In this document: one piece after another, positions 7,909-15,888 of the stretch
How the letters are laid out: every line of letters begins with the position of its first letter
Position numbering within the stretch: position 1 is the stretch's first letter
Program-made: the position numbers and the translations under genes
Virus record (IMG/VR): IMGVR_UViG_3300025030_000006
Strand: one strand, 5' to 3'
Source of the DNA: a virus
DNA length: 64,000 nt
The notes under the pieces: model-generated
What the model was told of the DNA's origin: nothing
Seen by the model: only the letters and a program-made list of their open reading frames with translations
Databases searched by the model: none

Positions 7909-7954
7909 ATAGAATCCCCTATCAGTCAATTAATAAATCAATAAGGGATTCTAT
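7909..7954. terminator. hairpin ATAGAATCCC / GGGATTCTAT (10 bp), same arm sequence as 7148..7183
   Basis: Intergenic, between minus-strand genes 7969..8937 and 7537..7866. Confidence 0.4.
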
Positions 7955-7968
7955 AAATCAATTAACGG

Positions 7969-8937
7969 TTAAAACTTTGCTTTGCAGAATTCAATAAATT
8001 CGGAATAAGCATTATCATCTACGTCCTCGTTTTCTTCAAGGATGATATCCAAAATTTCATTTTCCTCGGCATCACCGAAGCAATCATAACCATCAACCAT
8101 TTCCAAAATATCTTTAATCGTGCTTTTTTCAATTCCCAGATTTTTAGCAAAGGTTGAAACACTGAAAACAGGAGAATTCCCTTTTCCCTTTTCTCCCTTT
8201 GCCGTTTCTGTTTTCCCTTTGGTATCAATATAGGTTTGCCAAAGTGCAGAAACAAATTGCTTTTTGCTTTTTCTTGCACAGATAAACCCTTTACCATTAT
8301 CTTGATTTTTCTTTTCCACTGCTTTCAGTGTTGTTTCCATTGTTTCAATCGTGGAAAAATCACAGCCTTTAAAAGCAAGATTGAAATTTTCTTCGGTGAC
8401 ATTCCCGGAAAAATACTTTTGAAATTGTTTGAAAGCATTACCCGGAAGATTGTTATTTGTTGTTTCCTCTTCTTTCTTTTGTTCAGTAGGTTTTACTGAT
8501 TCAACCTGTTTTGTTTTCACGTTCAAATCAACAAGATTTTTCAAGAGAGTGATAATTTGATCGTTATTGTTATTGAACGTAATACTGTGCAGTTTTTCCA
8601 ATTTTGCGTTGTTTTCTGTCAATTGCGCCTCAATGACCATTAACCGGGAAATAATAGCATCAAGAGATTGTTTGACTTCCTTGACAGCTGCAAATCCTTC
8701 AAGAGATAATGCCGGTTTGGTTTGGATATTGATTGATTGTTTCTTTTCCTGTGCGAGTTTTTTAGCCGCTGCAAGTTTACTCATGGTTTTAAACTCCTCT
8801 GTTAATGGTTTAAAAACATCGAAAAAATGCGTTTTTCCATTGTGGCTGTAAAACTGTCTCACCTGATAATGGTTAACTCTCAATTCCCTTTCTAATTTCC
8901 CGTTTGTTTTAATGCTTTTTTCTAAAAGATAGTTCAT
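7969..8937 (-). CDS. hypothetical protein (322 aa)
   Basis: Track ORF. AAAGGAAAGGAGAATG RBS. No family recognised. Confidence 0.6.
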   Translation of the reverse strand: MNYLLEKSIKTNGKLERELRVNHYQVRQFYSHNGKTHFFDVFKPLTEEFKTMSKLAAAKKLAQEKKQSINIQTKPALSLEGFAAVKEVKQSLDAIISRLMVIEAQLTENNAKLEKLHSITFNNNNDQIITLLKNLVDLNVKTKQVESVKPTEQKKEEETTNNNLPGNAFKQFQKYFSGNVTEENFNLAFKGCDFSTIETMETTLKAVEKKNQDNGKGFICARKSKKQFVSALWQTYIDTKGKTETAKGEKGKGNSPVFSVSTFAKNLGIEKSTIKDILEMVDGYDCFGDAEENEILDIILEENEDVDDNAYSEFIEFCKAKF

Positions 8938-9131
8938 TCTCCTTTCCTTTTGTTAGCGGTTTAAGGCAATTGAATTGCTTTTGCAACCTGATTAAATACT
9001 GGGATGACATAGCAAAACATAATCAAAAGAAAAAAGCATAGGGGAAGAAGCATCAAAATTGCTTTCATGGTAAAAGCTCCTTTCAACTAATAGCAAAGTT
9101 AATTCCCTGCTATTTTTCAAGGGATAGAATG

Positions 9132-9163
9132 TTAGATGTTTATTCAATTAGATGTTTATTCAA
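9132..9163. repeat. perfect tandem duplication, 2 x 16 bp (TTAGATGTTTATTCAA)
   Basis: Read directly from the sequence. Confidence 0.75.
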
Positions 9164-9323
9164 TGATTTTTCCAGCTAAGGACCAAAAAAGCAATTTTTC
9201 CGCGTTTATTGCTGATTCTATATCGTTAAACCTTTCTTCAGTCCGTAATGTGCGTTCACCTTTTTTATTCAATTTGTAAATTGTTATCCAATTTCTTTCA
9301 TCTCTTATAATTTTGTATTTCAT
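9156..9323 (-). CDS. hypothetical small protein (55 aa)
   Basis: Translated by eye: MKYKIIRDERNWITIYKL... AAAGAAAGGATGAAACAAAATG RBS. Confidence 0.4.
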   Translation of the reverse strand: MKYKIIRDERNWITIYKLNKKGERTLRTEERFNDIESAINAEKLLFWSLAGKIIE

Positions 9324-9771
9324 TTTGTTTCATCCTTTCTTTTCTATCCCTTGAAAAATAACAGGCAAAAGATACCTGTTATTTAAATCGGTATTTTGGG
9401 GGATTGTTCCTAGTTGTTTCTAGGGCCACCGTTACCGTTATTCAGTTTTTAAAGAGCAAAAATGGTACGCCTAAATATATATCAAGAATTGCAAGGAATG
9501 CAATACCCAAAAACGCATTTTTTCATATTTTTTTTCCTTCCCCCTGTTTTCGTGGTTTTATCCTATTTTGTGTCCTATTTATTTTCCTGATACCTCTGCA
9601 CACCATTAAAAAATAAGTTTTTCTGTAGTTATCAGGATATACATTTTTTCGTTATGTTTTAAATAACCCTAATAGTCGAAATCATAACGTTATAAACTAT
9701 TAAATTCATTATGTTTTTTATTTTCTATTGGATAAATTAGCTTTTAATCGTGCCGGGAAAACCCAATGTTT

Positions 9772-9819
9772 TCAATAGTTTAAAACCTCTTGACACTACT
9801 TTATATTTTCTGTTAGTAT
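9772..9819 (+). promoter_or_regulatory. sigma70-like promoter with a conserved upstream block
   Basis: CAATAGTTTAAAACCTCTTGACA, 18 nt, TAGTAT. About 45 bp is homologous to 18342..18388. Confidence 0.5.
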
Positions 9820-9864
9820 TTTGAGGTGTTTTAAAAGCATAATTTTCAGAAAGGAGTGCAAAAA

Positions 9865-10068
9865 ATGCTATTAGATAGTTTATTGTTTATTTGTTTTCTG
9901 TTGTTCATTCTGATTCATTCAACGCACCTTGCCTTGTCTGGTTTTAAACCCGTTGACAGTTTGCCTTTATCCATTGGTTTAATTGAATTGATTATGTTTA
10001 ATTCAATTGTTTTCTGCTATCCATTTGCTTTCAACCAATCCAATTCATTCTTAGATTATTTTAATTAA
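9865..10068 (+). CDS. small hydrophobic protein
   Basis: Track ORF 9856..10068. ATG at 9865 lies 8 nt after GAAAGGAG. Downstream of the promoter at 9790. Confidence 0.35.
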   Translation: MLLDSLLFICFLLFILIHSTHLALSGFKPVDSLPLSIGLIELIMFNSIVFCYPFAFNQSNSFLDYFN

Positions 10069-10147
10069 TAAATTTTAATTAGAACTAATTTTCCCCTCTG
10101 CGCCGTAATTCCTGTATAGTCTATTCAATTAATTTTTATCTTATATA

Positions 10148-10276
10148 CATATATAATGTAACAAGGGCATCGAATCCATTTTTTCAATTTTGTTTTCACT
10201 TTTAAAATCAATTCTTTTTATTATTTCATATAATGTAACAAGGTCATCGAATCCAAAATTTTCATTTTATTTTCAG
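10148..10276. repeat. two imperfect ~50-bp direct repeats (10148..10199, 10227..10276)
   Basis: CATAT(AT)AATGTAACAAGG[G/T]CATCGAATCCA...TTTTCA.. occurs twice, immediately upstream of the promoter at 10294. Confidence 0.65.
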
Positions 10277-10293
10277 GTACTTACAAAAATTTC

Positions 10294-10323
10294 TTGACAG
10301 TATTCAAATTGATGATGTAGTTT
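10294..10323 (+). promoter_or_regulatory. sigma70-like promoter
   Basis: cTTGACA, 18 nt, TAGTTT. Precedes the long rightward gene array. Confidence 0.5.
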
Positions 10324-10389
10324 GGCGGAAAATTGGTTTCAATAGCTTCAATAGCAAGTAAACAATTAACATGTGAAAGGAGAAACAAA

Positions 10390-10704
10390 ATGACACGTAA
10401 AGAGTATATAGCTAATTCAAGCGAATTGCACAGACAATACAATGCACAGTTTGTTAATAACAGTATAAAGGTGGCTGTAAAGAATTATTTTGGAATTGAT
10501 GCACTATTGAATAGTAATGATAAACATTTAAATGACATTCCATTAGAACAATGGGATTCTGTCGGCACAAGGTTTAAAAGTCATTTGAATAAAGAAATGA
10601 AGAAACAAGGTGATTTTGTTAGTATGGCTGGAATTGTTTGCGTAATGAAAGAAGCCGCAAAACAATTGATTGAAGAAAATAGAAAGGGGATGCAAAATGA
10701 TTAA
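10390..10704 (+). CDS. hypothetical protein
   Basis: Track ORF 10333..10704. Start moved to the ATG after the GAAAGGAGAAACAAA RBS. Confidence 0.55.
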   Translation: MTRKEYIANSSELHRQYNAQFVNNSIKVAVKNYFGIDALLNSNDKHLNDIPLEQWDSVGTRFKSHLNKEMKKQGDFVSMAGIVCVMKEAAKQLIEENRKGMQND

Positions 10705-10858
10705 ACATAAAACAATTGGATTGACCAGACCATGCAATGCGCATGATTTGATTTTAACGTCAAATGGATTGCAGTGTGCTAATTGTTTGACAATGGATAA
10801 TAATAAGTATATTAAATATGATTTGAATAGAGAAAAAGATAATAGAAAGGAGAATTAA
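10697..10858 (+). CDS. small zinc-ribbon-like protein
   Basis: Track ORF 10670..10858, trimmed to the ATG at 10697. Contains C..H...C..C. Confidence 0.45.
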   Translation: MIKHKTIGLTRPCNAHDLILTSNGLQCANCLTMDNNKYIKYDLNREKDNRKEN

Positions 10859-11041
10859 ATGGAAAAGGTTATTCCATTTAAATCAAGAAAGGATATAGGG
10901 GAAAGTATAGCAAAGGATTATTTTGATGAAATGGATAAATGGTACAATTCCTTGATTGAATATCTTGGAAAGCTGGAACAAGAATTCTTTATTAGTGAAA
11001 GGCGAAGGGGATTTAAAGTATTTAAACAATTAACCAAATGA
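10859..11041 (+). CDS. hypothetical small protein
   Basis: Track ORF. AAAGGAGAATTAAATG RBS. Confidence 0.55.
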   Translation: MEKVIPFKSRKDIGESIAKDYFDEMDKWYNSLIEYLGKLEQEFFISERRRGFKVFKQLTK

Positions 11042-11051
11042 AAGGAGATTT
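11015..11051. repeat. left copy of a 37-bp perfect direct repeat bracketing the Cys-repeat gene
   Basis: AAAGTATTTAAACAATTAACCAAATGAAAGGAGATTT is identical to 11822..11858. Confidence 0.8.
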
Positions 11052-11055
11052 TAAA

Positions 11056-11832
11056 ATGAAAAAAGAAAATGGCTGGTATATCGACGATAATAATAATAAA
11101 TGGGATAGTAATTATTACACAAAGGAACTAGCAATTGAATTATCAAAAACTCTAATTGATTGCAGTGATTGCAGTGATTGCAGGTATTGCATTAATTGCA
11201 GGTATTGCATTAATTGCAGGTATTGCAGTGATTGTAGTGATTGCAGTAATTGCAGTGATTGTAGTGATTGTAGTGATTGCAGTGATTGCAGTAATTGCAG
11301 TAATTGCAGTGATTGTAGTGATTGCAGTGATTGCAGTAATTGCAGTAATTGCAGTAATTGCAGTAATTGCAGTGATTGTAGTGATTGCAGTGATTGCAGT
11401 AATTGCAGTAATTGCAGTGATTGTAGTGATTGCAGTGATTGTAGTGATTGCAGTAATTGCAGTAATTGCAGTAATTGCAGTAATTGCAGTAATTGCAGTA
11501 ATTGCAGTGATTGCAGTGATTGCAGTGATTGCAGTAATTGCAGTAATTGCAGTAATTGCAGTAATTGCAGTAATTGCAGTAATTGCAGTAATTGCAGTAA
11601 TTTTGAAAATAACCCTAATAGATATATTGGTAATAAAATTGGTAGCAGAAAAGCACAAACTACCACTTATTGGTTAAATGATAATATTCAAGTTGTTTGT
11701 GGTTGTTTTAAAGGAAATTTAATTGAATTTGAAAAAAGAGTAAATGAAGTATATAAGGGAAATGAACATCATAAAGAATATATGGGTTATATTTCAATTG
11801 TTAAGAAAATAATGGAGATGGAAAGTATTTAA
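11056..11832 (+). CDS. Cys-triplet repeat protein (49 consecutive C-x-x units: CSD/CSN/CRY/CIN) with unique N- and C-terminal domains
   Basis: Track ORF 11038..11832. ATG at 11056 follows the AAAGGAGA RBS. The repeat keeps three other overlapping frames open. Confidence 0.7.
   Translation: MKKENGWYIDDNNNKWDSNYYTKELAIELSKTLIDCSDCSDCRYCINCRYCINCRYCSDCSDCSNCSDCSDCSDCSDCSNCSNCSDCSDCSDCSNCSNCSNCSNCSDCSDCSDCSNCSNCSDCSDCSDCSDCSNCSNCSNCSNCSNCSNCSDCSDCSDCSNCSNCSNCSNCSNCSNCSNCSNFENNPNRYIGNKIGSRKAQTTTYWLNDNIQVVCGCFKGNLIEFEKRVNEVYKGNEHHKEYMGYISIVKKIMEMESI
11161..11601. repeat. 49 x 9-bp tandem repeat (TGCAGTGAT / TGCAGTAAT / TGTAGTGAT and variants)
   Basis: Counted directly: 441 nt = 49 units. Confidence 0.9.
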
Positions 11833-11858
11833 ACAATTAACCAAATGAAAGGAGATTT
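11822..11858. repeat. right copy of the 37-bp perfect direct repeat
   Basis: Identical to 11015..11051. Covers the 3' end of the repeat gene plus the RBS of the next gene. Confidence 0.8.
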
Positions 11859-11861
11859 AAA

Positions 11862-12350
11862 ATGATTGAATTGGAAAGAGCAAAACAATTGCAGCATGGG
11901 GAAATTATCCATTACTTTAATGGCAAATGTCAAAATTGGAGAGTATCGGGAAAAGTTAAATTGTGGAAAACAAGGCCGGACGAATTGAAAGTACCAATTA
12001 AATATGATTTGTATGGTAATTCCTATTTGACTGAAAAAGTATTGGATATAATACATTTGGCTAGTGAATGCCCATTATGTAAAGAGGGAAGATTGACTAT
12101 TGCAGAATGTATTGATTTGGCTATTAATAAAAGTGAATTGGCAAAGCATTATGGATTGAAGAATTTTGATAATGCAATTCCTGAAATGTTGTTTGCTGAA
12201 TTGATTAGGGGAACTGATTTGACTATTTATCATTTTGTTTATTCCTATGACAGATATAAATCATTTGGTGAATTGTTTCCATTGACTATTGAGGCGGAAA
12301 ACAGAATGAAAGAATTGGAGATAAATATTCCTGATATGCCTAACAAATGA
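11862..12350 (+). CDS. hypothetical protein
   Basis: Track ORF. AAAGGAGATTTAAAATG RBS. Confidence 0.6.
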   Translation: MIELERAKQLQHGEIIHYFNGKCQNWRVSGKVKLWKTRPDELKVPIKYDLYGNSYLTEKVLDIIHLASECPLCKEGRLTIAECIDLAINKSELAKHYGLKNFDNAIPEMLFAELIRGTDLTIYHFVYSYDRYKSFGELFPLTIEAENRMKELEINIPDMPNK

Positions 12351-12382
12351 ATTGAATCTATTTTAAAGAAAGGAGATTTAAA

Positions 12383-12751
12383 ATGAAAAGTTATCAAGAG
12401 GAAAACGTACATCTTAAAGGAATCCATTTGTTTTCTGATTTCTTATCCAATCCAATCCCATTTAAACAACCCAACTTGTATAAACCAATTCCATTCCAAT
12501 TGTCTCAAATAAGTTCTTACCTTCAAATTATGAATAGAAAATGTCAATATTCTTTTGAAGTATTTGAAGTAATGCCAACTGATAAATTGATTGATTTTGT
12601 AAAAGAAAATATGTTGGCAATTGATTATGATTCCATTTATTTTGAAATCATTTGTTATGAGAATAATACAGCCATGTTAATTGCAAAATACAATCAAATC
12701 ATAGGTAGCCGTTGGATTGCCATGATTGATATTAATTCAATTCCCAAATAA
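12383..12751 (+). CDS. hypothetical protein
   Basis: Track ORF. AAAGGAGATTTAAAATG RBS. Confidence 0.6.
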   Translation: MKSYQEENVHLKGIHLFSDFLSNPIPFKQPNLYKPIPFQLSQISSYLQIMNRKCQYSFEVFEVMPTDKLIDFVKENMLAIDYDSIYFEIICYENNTAMLIAKYNQIIGSRWIAMIDINSIPK

Positions 12752-12778
12752 CCAATAACAAATGAAGGGAGAATTAAA

Positions 12779-13645
12779 ATGAACAAACAAGTAAAGAAAT
12801 TGGCTAATGGGATTAAATACATTTCTTGTGATTATCTTTCCTTTGGGGATTATGACAATTCCTGTGCCATTGAAAGGGCGAATGTTAGATATTTAAAAAG
12901 TAAAGTTAGGAAATCCTCAATTGATTCCCATTCAATGAATGACTGGGAATATCTATCCAAGGAATATACAATTGAAAGGGGTCATATTTGGTCTCCAATT
13001 GAAACGAAAAAGAAAATGGTTGAGACATATGGTGGCTATGGTTCAATTCAATTGTGGATAAGGGAAGACGTTTGGAAAGAAATGGAATTGGCTTCATTGG
13101 ATAATTATCCTGCATTGGATGATGAATTGGTTTCTGAAATTGAAATGGAAATGGAAAATGAAGCATGGGAAAATGATGTTAAATCTGATCTGATTAAAAC
13201 ATTATCAGAGGAACATACAGAAGAGGAAATGGATAATCAGGAATGTAAATGTTTAAACTGCAATTGGGAAGGAAAAGTAAATGAATTGAAAGAAGATGGT
13301 ATTTATGGTTGCCCCAATTGCAATAATCATTATTCAATAAAATATTATGATATTGATAAACAAACATTGCAGGAATTTGCTGATGAATTGGATAATGAAA
13401 CCCTTTGGGAAATTTATCGTTATTGCTGCGATAAAACCAATACCTATGGGGAAGTTGAATCCGGTGGCAATTGGTTTATCCAAATTGATGATTTGAAAGA
13501 ATGCTTTGCTAATGTAATTGAAAAATACAGAAATGGAAATGAATTGTGTGATTGTCATGGTAATGGTAGATGGGATAATGAGTTTAAAACAATTGAATGC
13601 GCCTTGTGTCATAATACTGGATTTATTGTTAGCGTAACAGAATAA
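12779..13645 (+). CDS. hypothetical protein with zinc-ribbon and DnaJ-like CxxCxGxG motifs
   Basis: Track ORF. Contains CKCLNC..GCPNC and CDCHGNG...CALCHNTG. Confidence 0.6.
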   Translation: MNKQVKKLANGIKYISCDYLSFGDYDNSCAIERANVRYLKSKVRKSSIDSHSMNDWEYLSKEYTIERGHIWSPIETKKKMVETYGGYGSIQLWIREDVWKEMELASLDNYPALDDELVSEIEMEMENEAWENDVKSDLIKTLSEEHTEEEMDNQECKCLNCNWEGKVNELKEDGIYGCPNCNNHYSIKYYDIDKQTLQEFADELDNETLWEIYRYCCDKTNTYGEVESGGNWFIQIDDLKECFANVIEKYRNGNELCDCHGNGRWDNEFKTIECALCHNTGFIVSVTE

Positions 13646-13682
13646 TTGAATCAATAATTTAACAGATGAAAGGAGAATCAAA

Positions 13683-14147
13683 ATGTATAAACAGGAATTT
13701 AATAATTTAACCCTTTGTCAATTGACTTCTGAACAGAATAAACAAACCTGTGATTATTGGTTTATAGTTCAAAGTGATAGTATGGCTCATACAGCGTTTA
13801 GAACAAAGGATGAATTGAATAGATGGTTACTTGAACGGAATATTGAATTGACGCAAGAATTGGTAGAACATGGAAAGCATTCATTTCAGAAATTGAAAGG
13901 ACATTATTTTAGAACAAGTTACATGGATTATAATGTTTTTTATTCTTTGGATTATATTCAGAAAGCAAGAGTAATGGATAATGATAGATATACTCTTGCT
14001 TTAATAACAGAAGAAAATGGAATCAGAACAATTAATCATTTGAATTGTAATATGAAATTTAGAATTGAATATCATTACAGAACAGGTGAAATGGTATTGG
14101 CAAATAAAATGAAATCATATTCGGATTACACTTATCGTTATAATTAA
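13683..14147 (+). CDS. hypothetical protein
   Basis: Track ORF. AAAGGAGAATCAAAATG RBS. Confidence 0.6.
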   Translation: MYKQEFNNLTLCQLTSEQNKQTCDYWFIVQSDSMAHTAFRTKDELNRWLLERNIELTQELVEHGKHSFQKLKGHYFRTSYMDYNVFYSLDYIQKARVMDNDRYTLALITEENGIRTINHLNCNMKFRIEYHYRTGEMVLANKMKSYSDYTYRYN

Positions 14148-14173
14148 TTCAATAACAAGAAAGGAGATTTAAA

Positions 14174-14350
14174 ATGAGAGATGATTCTTGTAGGCGTCTT
14201 GAAAAAAATACTGTTAAATCAAGGACAAATAGAGCTGATTCAATTGATTTATATTGTGGTGAATGCTTAAAAGAATCTACTATAATTGCTAATATTTCTT
14301 TGTTGATTTATTGTCCCCATTGTGGAAATGGAATTATAATTGGCGCATAA
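14174..14350 (+). CDS. small zinc-ribbon protein (58 aa)
   Basis: Translated by eye: MRDDSCRR...YCGEC...YCPHCG. AAAGGAGATTTAAAATG RBS. Confidence 0.5.
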   Translation: MRDDSCRRLEKNTVKSRTNRADSIDLYCGECLKESTIIANISLLIYCPHCGNGIIIGA

Positions 14351-14368
14351 CAATAAAGGAGAATTAAA

Positions 14369-14554
14369 ATGTTTTACGTTTTTTTTGAAAGGGATAACGA
14401 TTCATTTATTGGTGACAGTAACAAGGAAAAGGAATCAGCTAAAATTCTAAGGGAATTGGCTGATAGGGTTGAAAAGGGGGATAAATCAGGTAAAATATTT
14501 GATTCAAATGGAAATTCAATTGGTATCTTTGGAATTAAAGGAAAGGAGAAATAA
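14369..14554 (+). CDS. hypothetical small protein
   Basis: Track ORF. AAAGGAGAATTAAAATG RBS. Confidence 0.55.
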   Translation: MFYVFFERDNDSFIGDSNKEKESAKILRELADRVEKGDKSGKIFDSNGNSIGIFGIKGKEK

Positions 14555-14714
14555 ACAATGATTTATAATCAGCAAGAAAAAGATATACTCCAAAAAATTT
14601 ATTGGAAAACACATATACACAATAAATAAACAAATGGTTGTGTTTGTTGGGGGTAGATTTTTATTTCACGAAACCTGCTCTAATATATTAAATAAAGGGA
14701 AGGAGAAATAAAAA

Positions 14715-14882
14715 ATGAATGAATTATTCTTGTTTCTTTCCGTACCTTACTTTTTTGTTTTTGGTTTGCTTTGGGAAAAGAAAACATTTGTGAATCTCTT
14801 TCTAAAAGTATTTCACTTGATTATGGCAATTTTTGGAATTATTCTTTTGTTATTGCATTTTGGTTTTGTTATTAAACAATAA
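14715..14882 (+). CDS. small membrane protein (55 aa)
   Basis: Translated by eye: MNELFLFLSVPYFFVFGLLW... GGAAGGAGAAATAAAAAATG RBS. Confidence 0.45.
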   Translation: MNELFLFLSVPYFFVFGLLWEKKTFVNLFLKVFHLIMAIFGIILLLLHFGFVIKQ

Positions 14883-14899
14883 AGAAAGGGGATTTAAAC

Positions 14900-15220
14900 A
14901 TGGTTTCTTTTAAATTCAAAACAAGATATGGATATACGTCTGTAATTGCTGAATTGATAGGTAAAAGAATCAGGTTTAAATTATCCCCATTGAAAGGTTT
15001 CAGACCGTTTCCAATTGAATGTTTTGCAGAATACAACCGTGAACTGCTTTATAAAAAGAAAATCGCTTCTGTCGTAATTGTGTGTGATTCCAATAAACTA
15101 TCCATGTTGGAAATAGTTCGATTAAAAGAAAAAGCCAAGGAATTGTTACCTGTTCCAATTCAGGCAATTGATTTAGTATTTGAAAGACTTGCAAAGGGAG
15201 ATTATTCTGTAGTACGCTAA
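14900..15220 (+). CDS. hypothetical protein
   Basis: Track ORF. AAAGGGGATTTAAACATG RBS. Confidence 0.55.
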   Translation: MVSFKFKTRYGYTSVIAELIGKRIRFKLSPLKGFRPFPIECFAEYNRELLYKKKIASVVIVCDSNKLSMLEIVRLKEKAKELLPVPIQAIDLVFERLAKGDYSVVR

Positions 15221-15265
15221 CAAGCAATTCAAATCCAAATTTTAACAATTGAAAGGAGAATTAAA

Positions 15266-15631
15266 ATGAAAATTGGAACTGATGGAAGCATTGTTGAATG
15301 TCGAAATGAAGGATACACAGTAATTGAATTTGCAAAAAACAAATTATTTAAAAATGGTATATTAGATAAAGATTTTCCTGTGCATGTTACAATCTCAAAT
15401 CCGTATAATTGGGAAAATGGAAAACCATTAATTGGATATAAAAAAGAAGATTTATATTTGTATGATACTTATTATTCTTTTAACGATGCTTTTGAAGTTT
15501 ATTGTACTTATAAAGACGCAATTGATTCTTTTGCTGATTTGAAAAACTGTCCAATTGAAATGGATAATCCTAGTGAATATGATTTGCTTCATTTAATTGA
15601 TGTTGTAAGTCATTATTGTGGTCTTGATTAA
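15266..15631 (+). CDS. hypothetical protein
   Basis: Track ORF. AAAGGAGAATTAAAATG RBS. Confidence 0.6.
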   Translation: MKIGTDGSIVECRNEGYTVIEFAKNKLFKNGILDKDFPVHVTISNPYNWENGKPLIGYKKEDLYLYDTYYSFNDAFEVYCTYKDAIDSFADLKNCPIEMDNPSEYDLLHLIDVVSHYCGLD

Positions 15632-15660
15632 ACAAATTAACAAATGAAAGGGGAATTAAA

Positions 15661-15888
15661 ATGAGAACGTTTATTGAAGAAGTAAAGGTTTATAAGTTTA
15701 ATGAGTTGAGTGATGAAGCAAAACAAAAGGCAATTGAAAATCTGCATGATTTAAATACAAGTTACGATTGGGATCAGTTTATTACTGATGATTTCAAAGA
15801 GAAAATGAATGCAATTGGATTTGTTGTAAGTAATACTTATTTTTCTGGTTTCTGGTCACAAGGGGATGGTGCCTGTTTTGAAGGATAA
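15661..15888 (+). CDS. hypothetical protein, N-terminal part (SGFWSQGDGACFEG motif); ends at a TAA in frame with the next ORF
   Basis: Track ORF. The stop at 15886..15888 is immediately followed by an in-frame ATG at 15889. Confidence 0.55.
   Translation: MRTFIEEVKVYKFNELSDEAKQKAIENLHDLNTSYDWDQFITDDFKEKMNAIGFVVSNTYFSGFWSQGDGACFEG

Larger units (their letters stand above)
9105..9366. repeat. 25-bp inverted repeat pair (9105..9129 / 9342..9366, 24/25 match) flanking a 212-bp segment
   Basis: CCTGCTATTTTTCAAGGGATAGAA versus the reverse complement of TTCTATCCCTTGAAAAATAACAGG. Confidence 0.65.

Noticed and set aside
11161-11601. CRISPR-like array
   Set aside because: The units are contiguous 9-bp repeats with no spacers, lie inside a translated ORF, and have no cas genes nearby.
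11115-11677. Three additional long ORFs (11115..11666 -, 11152..11658 -, 11156..11677 +) overlapping the Cys-repeat gene
   Set aside because: They exist only because the 9-bp tandem repeat is stop-free in several frames. Their products are monotonous (LQ)n, (ITA)n and (IAV)n. They have no RBS or start context, whereas the CSD/CSN frame has the canonical RBS and unique flanking domains.
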